Source: an uncultured Candidatus Saccharibacteria bacterium | GTDB lineage: Bacteria; Patescibacteriota; Minisyncoccia; Phycocordibacterales; Phycocordibacteraceae | Reading direction: 5' to 3' | Length of the DNA stretch: 39,866 nt | NCBI GenBank assembly: GCA_964457265.1 | Contig: CAYWEI010000003.1 | Span: forward strand, 3,732 to 43,597 | In this document: piece by piece, positions 7,419 through 14,310 of the stretch | Layout of the letters: each line of letters begins with the position of its first letter | Position numbering within the stretch: the stretch's first letter is position 1 | Program-made: the position numbers and the translations under genes | The notes under the pieces: model-generated | Databases searched by the model: none | What the model was told of the DNA's origin: nothing | The model's input: only the letters and a program-made list of their open reading frames with translations

Positions 7419-7587
7419 TGGAGAAGAAACAGATACGTCCTCGTATATGATTTCTTCGGAACGATGGGGTGCTTCAGTGCAAGCAACTGATACACCCCGA
7501 GCGGAGGAAACGTAACGCAAGTCTTCTTGTGATTACGTTTTCCGTAGCGATGGGATGCGCCGGTGCAAGCAACCGGCACACCCCGAG
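7419..7587. repeat. two tandem 83/86-nt two-hairpin units, each starting (minus strand) with the first 10 nt of tRNA-Pro
   Basis: acaccccgag occurs at 7409, 7492 and 7578. The conserved loop gtgcaagcaac is at 7477-7487 and 7563-7573. The stems differ between units but stay complementary. Confidence 0.5.
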
Positions 7588-7629
7588 GAATCTCCTAGAG
7601 GAGTCTTCCGTTCCCGCATACTACCAGAT

Positions 7630-8100
7630 TCAAAGGATTTGCGGGAGGTATGCCACCTGCACGGCCCCATCCCCTGCCCGGAGCCATACTAGGGCCGCGT
7701 CTACTTGTGCCGCGCCATTCCATCTCTTCTCGGCCATATACCACTCGCTGGTCCGGGTCACTTTCCGTATCTTGGCAGCATGCAGATTCGCCGAGGGGTC
7801 GTATCGATCCCGCAGACCCCCATCCTGAGGGAAATCGCGGCAGAGGATGGTCTTTACCTCTACGAAGTGGAGCGTCCCGCCTTTTCGGGTGATAACGTCT
7901 ATCTCTCCGGTCTTCCTCGCGACGTTCATGGCGACTATGCGGTGACCCCGATCCTTCAGATATCGCGCGACCAGCGCTTCCCCATACGCGCCGATTTCTT
8001 TGCGAGACATGCCCTTTATATCCATCTCGTACATCGTACGGATATCAGATAAGGCTTTTATAAAATCCTTATAAAATATAGATATAGTAGCGACATTCAT
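7630..8100 (-). CDS. yraN: YraN-family (UPF0102) endonuclease-like protein
   Basis: GAYGEALVARYLKDRGHRIVAMNVARKTGEIDVITRKGGTLHFVEVKT matches the YraN core. The true start may be an internal Met (e.g. MSRKEIG at 8010). Confidence 0.78.
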   Translation of the reverse strand: MNVATISIFYKDFIKALSDIRTMYEMDIKGMSRKEIGAYGEALVARYLKDRGHRIVAMNVARKTGEIDVITRKGGTLHFVEVKTILCRDFPQDGGLRDRYDPSANLHAAKIRKVTRTSEWYMAEKRWNGAAQVDAALVWLRAGDGAVQVAYLPQIL

Positions 8101-8302
8101 CTCATGCTCATAAAAGTCAGCTGTCTCTTATCCCCACTGTTAACAGACTTATCCCCTGTTATTCACAGGTGTCCGTAACGCGAAAGGCCCGCTGCAAGGC
8201 TTTATTCGTGACGATAGAGCCACGGATGGTCGTTTCGAACGTGTTCCGGCCTCAGCTTCTCCACAAGAAGTGTGACGGCTCTTATCATTCGCACCTTCAT
8301 AC

Positions 8303-8324
8303 GACAAAACGCCCTTACGGGCGT
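8303..8324 (-). terminator. terminator after tRNA-Gly(GCC)
   Basis: Minus strand reads acgccc-gtaa-gggcgt followed by TTTTG. Confidence 0.5.
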
Positions 8325-8337
8325 CTGTCTCCTTCGG

Positions 8338-8408
8338 TGCGGATAGGGAGAATCGAACTCCCGACTCGTCCTTGGCAAGGACGCGTTTTACCACTAAACC
8401 ATATCCGC
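8338..8408 (-). tRNA. tRNA-Gly (anticodon GCC)
   Basis: Reverse complement is GCGGATA..CGTCC TTGCCAA GGACG..GGGAG TTCGATT CTCCC TATCCGC A. The 3' flank is CCG, so CCA is not fully encoded. Confidence 0.9.
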
Positions 8409-8511
8409 GCTGGAGGCCAGCATAGCATATGAGCCTGCTGGTTCGCCAGCGATAGGGTAAAACGTATCTCCCCAGAATTACATAACGACCCCGCGGACGT
8501 TTTCTCAGATG

Positions 8512-8584
8512 TGCGCCCAGAGGGATTCGAACCCCCAACCTCTTGTTCCGAAGACAAGCGCTCTATCCATTGAGCTATGGGCGC
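8512..8584 (-). tRNA. tRNA-Arg (anticodon TCG), CCA not encoded
   Basis: Reverse complement is GCGCCCA TAGCTCAATGGATAGAGC G CTTGT CTTCGGA ACAAG AGGTT GGGGG TTCGAAT CCCTC TGGGCGC A. Confidence 0.9.
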
Positions 8585-8648
8585 AAGACGCTTATTGATA
8601 GTACTAGCCAGCTAGGAGAATGGCCATACGCATACTAGTATTTTCCTG

Positions 8649-10112
8649 ATGAACTTCCCTATTCCCTTCGAGGTCCGGACTGTCACCGACGGCCTCAGGT
8701 CAGCCGGATTCGAAGCCTATCTGGTCGGCGGCTGCGTGCGGGATCTTCTCATAGGCCGCCCGCCCAAAGATTGGGACATTACCACGAACGCCAAGCCTGA
8801 AGATATCCAGCGCATCTTCCCTGAGTCCTTCTATGAGAACGACTTCGGAACCGTCGGAGTGAAGACTGAAAGCCCCGACCCCAAGCTTGCCGTGATAGAA
8901 GTGACTCCCTATCGCACCGAATCAGGCTATTCGGATAACCGCCGACCCGACGCCGTGACCTTTGGGGATAACCTCGAGGACGACCTGGCTCGCCGGGATT
9001 TCACAATCAATGCGATCGCGCTCGACGACTCTAAAGGACAAATAGTCGATCCTTATAAAGGACAAAAGGACATAGAAGCTAAGGTCCTGCGCACGGTCGG
9101 CGTCGCAGAAGATCGTTTCGAAGAGGATGCCTTACGGCTTATGCGTGCAGTACGTCTTATGGCTGAGCTGGAATTCGCTCTTGATACCGATACGGCAGCT
9201 GCCATAAAGGCTAAGGGTCCTAATCTTCGGAACATTTCACGTGAAAGGGTCAGAGATGAGTTCGTCCGCATCCTTAATTCAAAACAGCCTATGATGGCCC
9301 TGGTCGTTTCTCAACAGCTCGGAATCCTGGAATATATCGCCCCTGACCTCACTCGCGGTATCGGTATTGATCAGAATCAAGCTCATAGCTATGACGTATT
9401 CGGTCACCTCATGCGAGCCCTTCAGCACGCTGCGGACAAGGACTGGGACTTCGATACCAGGCTCGCTGCCCTTTTCCATGACGTATCCAAACCTGAGACG
9501 CGCCGATGGTCGGACGAGAAGAAGGACTGGACCTTCCACGGACATGAGGTGGTCGGTTCACGTGTAACACGAAAGGCGTTGGAAGAACTCAAGTTTTCAC
9601 GTGAAACTATAGAAAAAGTGAGCAAAATGGTGCGTTGGCACATGTTTTTCTCGGATCCTGAGCAGATTACCCTGTCCGCAGTCAGACGCATGATTAATAA
9701 TGTCGGTCCGGAGCACATAGACGATCTGCTCAACCTCCGCATATGTGACCGTATCGGAACCGGACGCCCGAAGGAACAGCCCTTCCGCTTCCGCAAGTAC
9801 AAGGCAATGGTAGACGAGGCATTACGAGATCCCATTTCGGTGGCCATGCTCAGAACGGATGGGAGGAAGATCATGGAGAAGTTCCACGTGCAACCCGGGC
9901 CCCGCATCGGGTATACGCTCCATGCCCTGCTAGAGGAGGTTCTAGAGAATCCTAGCCTTAATACCGAGGAATACCTCGATTCTCGCACAGAAGCTCTTCT
10001 CGGACTTTCAGACGTTGATCTTAAGCAATTGGGTGAGGCGGGTAAGAAACGACAGGAAATCGAAGAAGATAAGGAAATAAAGGAGATTCTTGACCGGCAT
10101 CATGTAAATTAG
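8649..10112 (+). CDS. cca: CCA-adding tRNA nucleotidyltransferase with HD domain
   Basis: AYLVGGCVRDLLIGRPPKDWDITT nucleotidyltransferase head, RDFTINA, and HD-type FHDVSKP / HGHEVVG. Confidence 0.9.
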   Translation: MNFPIPFEVRTVTDGLRSAGFEAYLVGGCVRDLLIGRPPKDWDITTNAKPEDIQRIFPESFYENDFGTVGVKTESPDPKLAVIEVTPYRTESGYSDNRRPDAVTFGDNLEDDLARRDFTINAIALDDSKGQIVDPYKGQKDIEAKVLRTVGVAEDRFEEDALRLMRAVRLMAELEFALDTDTAAAIKAKGPNLRNISRERVRDEFVRILNSKQPMMALVVSQQLGILEYIAPDLTRGIGIDQNQAHSYDVFGHLMRALQHAADKDWDFDTRLAALFHDVSKPETRRWSDEKKDWTFHGHEVVGSRVTRKALEELKFSRETIEKVSKMVRWHMFFSDPEQITLSAVRRMINNVGPEHIDDLLNLRICDRIGTGRPKEQPFRFRKYKAMVDEALRDPISVAMLRTDGRKIMEKFHVQPGPRIGYTLHALLEEVLENPSLNTEEYLDSRTEALLGLSDVDLKQLGEAGKKRQEIEEDKEIKEILDRHHVN

Positions 10113-10163
10113 TCGTTCCACGTGAAAACGGGCATATAGGCCTCTTTTCACATGAAACAAGAT

Positions 10164-10189
10164 AAAAGCCCGTATATGCGGGCTTTTTT
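10164..10189 (+). terminator. rho-independent terminator of cca
   Basis: aaaagcccg-tatat-cgggctttttt. Confidence 0.7.
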
Positions 10190-10221
10190 CTATCCCGGGC
10201 ATAGTTCCACGTGAAATACAA

Positions 10222-10274
10222 AAGAGGCCAGAAATAAAGGTCATCGTGGGCATGGTCCTTATTTCTGGCCTCTT
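10222..10274. other. 16-bp perfect hairpin with a ~21-nt loop in a gene-free gap
   Basis: aagaggccagaaataa (10222-10237) pairs with ttatttctggcctctt (10259-10274). Confidence 0.5.
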
Positions 10275-10589
10275 ACTTTTGAGTGCCGTTCGAGGTGAGG
10301 GTCGGGGATATGGGGTTGGGGCTGTTTTGGTGACCCTCGGGAGATGCTGAACGACATCACTGAACGGATAGTGCTTTCACGTGGAACCTGTTCTGCCGGA
10401 CCCACTCTTGTAGTAGCGAAGTCGCTTCGCGGCGTTGGACGAGGCTGAGGCAGTTGCACGGATCGCACTGATGATAGAAGGAGCTCGCAAAGAACATTCG
10501 GCAATCCCGCAAAGGGACGGCAAATGCTCGCTATGAGCGCTTTCCGACCCCCGGGTCCTTACGAATCATAGCTTTCTATAGGACAGAGT

Positions 10590-10630
10590 AAAAGGACAAC
10601 CCTGGGGATAGCGGGGATAACTGTCCTTTA
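10590..10630 (-). terminator. terminator hairpin overlapping the xth stop codon
   Basis: Minus strand reads AAAGGACA-loop-TGTCCTTTT. The loop carries GGGGATA twice. Confidence 0.5.
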
Positions 10631-11428
10631 AAGCGTAATGGACACCGGACAATGGTCTGATCCGAATATGTCCATATGGATTTCCGCGGCCTTGATCTTG
10701 GGTGCCAGGGTCTTCGATACGAAAATGTAGTCGATGCGCCAACCGATATTGCGATCCCGAGCATTAGACCAATGGCTCCACCAGGAATAGTGCCCGGGTC
10801 CTTGAGTGAAGAGGCGGAAAGTATCCGCGAAGCCAGCCTGCTTGATCTGTTCGATGCCTTCGCGCTCTTCTGCGGTATATCCGTGCTTCCCCTCATTTGC
10901 CTTGGGATTGGCCAGGTCTTCCGGAGCGTAAGCGACGTTCAGGTCCCCGCAGAATATGACCGGCTTCTCCTCTTCGAGCCGTTTCATGTAGGTAAGGAAC
11001 GCAGGATCCCACTTGGCGTGACGGAGGGAGAGGCGGGAGAGGTCGTCCTTCGAATTGGGCGTGTAGACTGAAACGACGTAGAACGAGCCCATATCGGCCG
11101 CTATTACGCGTCCTTCCTCGTTGGGATTCCCATAATCGTCAGCAGCCAGGCCGTATTCTTCGACGATATCCGTCGGCATCCCGAACAGTACGTCTTCCGG
11201 GACCTGCTTAGTGAAGATAGCAGTGCCGCTATAGCCCTTCTTCTTGGCCGAATGCCAGTATTCCTCATAGCCCATGAGATCGAGCTCGGACTGATGCTCT
11301 TCAGCCTTAGTCTCCTGGAGACAGATGATATCGGGCTTGAGCTGCTTTATGAAGGGCATGAACAGTTCCTTCCGGTGTACCGCGCGGATGCCGTTCACGT
11401 TCCATGAGACGATTCGCATATCCAGCAT
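10628..11428 (-). CDS. xth: exodeoxyribonuclease III (AP endonuclease)
   Basis: MRIVSWNVNGIRA, CLQETK, and C-terminal SDHCPV. Confidence 0.92.
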   Translation of the reverse strand: MLDMRIVSWNVNGIRAVHRKELFMPFIKQLKPDIICLQETKAEEHQSELDLMGYEEYWHSAKKKGYSGTAIFTKQVPEDVLFGMPTDIVEEYGLAADDYGNPNEEGRVIAADMGSFYVVSVYTPNSKDDLSRLSLRHAKWDPAFLTYMKRLEEEKPVIFCGDLNVAYAPEDLANPKANEGKHGYTAEEREGIEQIKQAGFADTFRLFTQGPGHYSWWSHWSNARDRNIGWRIDYIFVSKTLAPKIKAAEIHMDIFGSDHCPVSITL

Positions 11429-11453
11429 TCTATACCCTCGAAAGGGCAGGGGA

Positions 11454-12371
11454 CTACTCCCGGCCCTTCGAATGGAACTTCTTATGCACCTCGCGGAGGT
11501 GAGCGTCGGTCACATGCGTATAGATCTGAGTGGTCGTGATGCTGGCATGACCGAGCAGCTGCTGCACTGAACGTATGTCTGCGCCGTTAGAGAGCAGATC
11601 CGTAGCGAATACGTGACGGAGAGTATGCGGGGTCACCTTATTAGTAATGCCCGCACGGGTCGCATATGCCTTTATATGACGCTGGATGTCGCGCGGCGTG
11701 ATGCGGTGGAGCGCGTCCGGCCTTCCGTCGACGAAGAGGGCAGGGTCCATGTCGCGACGGACCTTCTGATACGCGCGGACAGCCTGCTTGCTCGCTTCAG
11801 ATAGGAATACGACGCGCACCTTGTCGCCCTTGCCGCGGACGGAGACCTCATCGCGCGTGAGATCGATATCATTATTCAGCGCGCAGAGCTCTGAGATACG
11901 GAGTCCGGTCGAGAAAAGCAGCTCGAGGATGGCTGCGTCGCGCAGATACCGCTGCGCCTTGTCAGGATTCTTCTCTTTGACCAACGCTTCCTGCGGCGCA
12001 TCCATGAGGCGCTTGAGCTCGGCTGCGGTGATGAGATCTATCTGGCGCTCAGGGACCTTCGCGAGCTCGATGTATTCAGGAGCCAAGCCCTGTATGCCTC
12101 GTTTCCTCAGGAATTTGAGGAAAGCGCGCAATGCGATGAGGTAATAGTTCTGCGTCTTGCGCTTCATCGAGCCGTTCGTACCGGCCTGCCGGTTCAGCCA
12201 GAGACGGAACTCGCGCACGCTGCTCTCCGTGATGTCTCGTACCTCGCGTATCTGCATCTGCTCGAAGAAACGGGAGAGATAGTGGTCATAATTCTCTATG
12301 GTCTTCACGGCTCGCCCGCGCTCTATCTCGATATACTCGAGGAACTCCCGTTTCATCTGGGCGGCATCCAT
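11454..12371 (-). CDS. tyrosine site-specific recombinase, XerC/XerD family
   Basis: N-terminal SAM-like FLEYIEIERGRAVKTIENYDHYLSRF. Catalytic region TPHTLRHVFATDLLSNGADIRSVQQLLGHASITTTQIYTHV. Start set at MDAAQMK (12371); the ORF is open to 12413. Confidence 0.88.
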   Translation of the reverse strand: MDAAQMKREFLEYIEIERGRAVKTIENYDHYLSRFFEQMQIREVRDITESSVREFRLWLNRQAGTNGSMKRKTQNYYLIALRAFLKFLRKRGIQGLAPEYIELAKVPERQIDLITAAELKRLMDAPQEALVKEKNPDKAQRYLRDAAILELLFSTGLRISELCALNNDIDLTRDEVSVRGKGDKVRVVFLSEASKQAVRAYQKVRRDMDPALFVDGRPDALHRITPRDIQRHIKAYATRAGITNKVTPHTLRHVFATDLLSNGADIRSVQQLLGHASITTTQIYTHVTDAHLREVHKKFHSKGRE

Positions 12372-12443
12372 AGAAAAAGTGTAGCACCCGGGCTGTATAC
12401 GGCATTCATGCATTCATAATGCGAAGAGGTATACTTTCGGCAT

Positions 12444-13199
12444 ATGGATACCTTCTTCTTTCTCACTGTCTTCGTGCCGATCGCGTTCGTGCTGCTCGTC
12501 GCCGTCATCAAGCAGATCAATCAGTACGAGCGAGGCGTCAGATTCACCATGGGACGCTTTTCCGGAATCATGGATCCGGGATGGCGGATCATCATCCCCG
12601 TCTTCCAGACATATCAGAAGGTAGACATGCGCACCAAGGCGGTCGACGTGCCGGACCAGAACGCCATAACGCGCGATAACGTATCGGTTCGCGTGAATGC
12701 GGTCATCTATTACAAGGTTTCAGATGCCCAGAAAGCCATTATCGAGGTCGAAGACTTCCGTTCGGCCATTTCCCAGTATGCTCAGACGACGATGCGCAAT
12801 ATCGTCGGCGAAGTGACCCTCGACGAGCTCCTCTCGAGCCGGGACAAGATAGCGGACCGCATCCGGGAAATCGTGGACAAGGAGACAGACGCATGGGGAC
12901 TCAAGGTGCAGAATGTGGAATTGAAAGACGTAAGCCTTCCGCCGGACATGGAACGCACGATAGGGAAGCAGGCGGAAGCTGAGCGGGAGAAGCGGGCAGT
13001 GATCATCACCTCTGAAGGGGAAGTGGCAGCTGCGCAGAACATGGCGACTGCCGCGAAGATGCTCTCTGCCGTTCCGGGAGCGCTTCACCTGCGTACGCTG
13101 CAGTCCATCAACGACATATCCTCGGATAAATCGAATACGGTGGTATTCGCCATGCCGCTTGAGATACTGAAGGCCCTGGAAGGCTTCTCGAAGCCCTGA
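12444..13199 (+). CDS. SPFH/band-7 (stomatin/prohibitin-like) membrane protein
   Basis: N-terminal TM segment, then QYERGVRFTMGRF...ITRDNVSVRVNAVIYYKV... and a coiled EAEREKRA region. Confidence 0.9.
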   Translation: MDTFFFLTVFVPIAFVLLVAVIKQINQYERGVRFTMGRFSGIMDPGWRIIIPVFQTYQKVDMRTKAVDVPDQNAITRDNVSVRVNAVIYYKVSDAQKAIIEVEDFRSAISQYAQTTMRNIVGEVTLDELLSSRDKIADRIREIVDKETDAWGLKVQNVELKDVSLPPDMERTIGKQAEAEREKRAVIITSEGEVAAAQNMATAAKMLSAVPGALHLRTLQSINDISSDKSNTVVFAMPLEILKALEGFSKP

Positions 13200-13289
13200 C
13201 TGCAAGCAAGTAGGCCGTCCCATCCCTGAGACAGGCGCCTCACCAGGAAACACTTGCTCTTTTAATCAAGGTGTGGTAAGGTGTGCTCA

Positions 13290-13556
13290 ATGCTTACGAA
13301 ACGCGTAAAGACGGCCGTCATAAAAGAGGCCGCCCACCACGAGACTGACAACGGGTCAGCGAGCGTACAGGTGGCCATCCTTAGCCGAAAGATCGAAGAG
13401 CTCACTGCTCATCTCAAGCGCAATAAGAAGGACTTCCACTCACGTCGCGGTCTCCTTCAGATGGTCGCTGACCGCAGGAGCCATCTTCGCTACCTCGAGA
13501 AGAACGACAAGCGCCGCTACTCGACCATCGTCAAGAAGCTCGGCCTCAAGAAGTAA
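13290..13556 (+). CDS. rpsO: 30S ribosomal protein S15
   Basis: GSASVQVAILSRKIEELTAHLKRNKKDFHSRRGLLQMVADRRSHLRYL. ATG at 13290 preferred over GTG at 13281. Confidence 0.95.
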   Translation: MLTKRVKTAVIKEAAHHETDNGSASVQVAILSRKIEELTAHLKRNKKDFHSRRGLLQMVADRRSHLRYLEKNDKRRYSTIVKKLGLKK

Positions 13557-13583
13557 GAATCCGCGGGCATAGCCCGCGATTCT
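13557..13583 (+). terminator. rho-independent terminator of rpsO
   Basis: agaatccgcgggc-ata-gcccgcgattct immediately after the stop. Confidence 0.7.
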
Positions 13584-13690
13584 CGTTTCTAAGCAGTGTA
13601 GAATGGATACGTGCGACATTACCTGTCGCCTATTTTAATAAAAACCCGCTTGCGCTGAACTCCAGCCGCAAGCCATAAGCCAATATTCAT

Positions 13691-14206
13691 ATGCCAGTCA
13701 TAAAGCATCCGGCACAGCGAGTAGGGGTCTTCATCGATACCCAGAACCTCTACCACAGCGCCAAGCATCTCTACAAGTCACGCGTCAATTTCGCCAAGGT
13801 CCTCGAAGAGGCAGTAGGGGACCGGGTCCTCGTGCGCGCCATCGCCTATGTCATCTCTACCGAGGGAGGGGAAGAGGGCGCGTTCTTCGATGCGCTCACC
13901 AAGATAGGTATCGAGACTAAAGTGAAGGGCCTTCAGATATTCTCGGACGGCGCGAAGAAAGCCGATTGGGACGTAGGCCTCGCGATCGACGCGGTGAAGC
14001 TCGCGCCGAAGCTCGATACCATCATCCTAGCGACCGGGGACGGCGACTTCGTTCCGCTCATCGAATATCTCGATATGAACGAAGGCTGCCAGGTAGAAGT
14101 CATCTCATTCGGGAAATCCTCTTCGCAGAAGCTCAAGGAAGCGGCGCATGCGTTCACTGACATGTGCGACGATCCGAAGAAATACATCATCGGGCACCGC
14201 GGATAA
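13691..14206 (+). CDS. NYN-domain (LabA/DUF88-like) putative RNase
   Basis: RVGVFIDTQNLYHSAK...ILATGDGDFVPLIEYL pattern of NYN/LabA proteins. Confidence 0.82.
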   Translation: MPVIKHPAQRVGVFIDTQNLYHSAKHLYKSRVNFAKVLEEAVGDRVLVRAIAYVISTEGGEEGAFFDALTKIGIETKVKGLQIFSDGAKKADWDVGLAIDAVKLAPKLDTIILATGDGDFVPLIEYLDMNEGCQVEVISFGKSSSQKLKEAAHAFTDMCDDPKKYIIGHRG

Positions 14207-14224
14207 GCAGCAGGAAAAGAAGAA

Positions 14225-14253
14225 GAGGCGCGACCCTGGGGTCGCGTCTCTTT
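14225..14253 (+). terminator. terminator hairpin after the NYN gene
   Basis: gaggcgcgacc-ctgg-ggtcgcgtctc followed by tttcc. Confidence 0.55.
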
Positions 14254-14310
14254 CCTATGCACGCTCGGGAATAATTCATCAGCGCAGGGAAGGTATAATC
14301 AAAGTACGAT

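Noticed and set aside
7409-7587. Three evenly spaced copies of acaccccgag (83/86-nt period) considered as a mini CRISPR array.
   Set aside because: The repeat is only 10 nt and equals the tRNA-Pro 5' end. The 'spacers' are homologous to each other and fold into matching hairpins. No cas genes are in the window.
10305-10345. GGGGCTGTTTTGGTGACCCTCGGGA resembles the 5' end of tmRNA (GGGGCTGATTCTGGATTCGACGGGA in E. coli).
   Set aside because: There is no matching 3' end (T-arm plus ...CTCCACCA) within 250-450 nt on that strand, and no plausible tag ORF. The similarity is probably chance.
11454-12413. The tyrosine recombinase considered as an integrase marking a mobile element near the tRNA cluster.
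   Set aside because: The sequence has the XerC/XerD-type N-terminal and catalytic motifs. Its neighbours are housekeeping genes (xth, SPFH, rpsO). No flanking direct repeats were seen, and it lies 3 kb from the nearest tRNA. It is most likely the chromosomal dimer-resolution recombinase.
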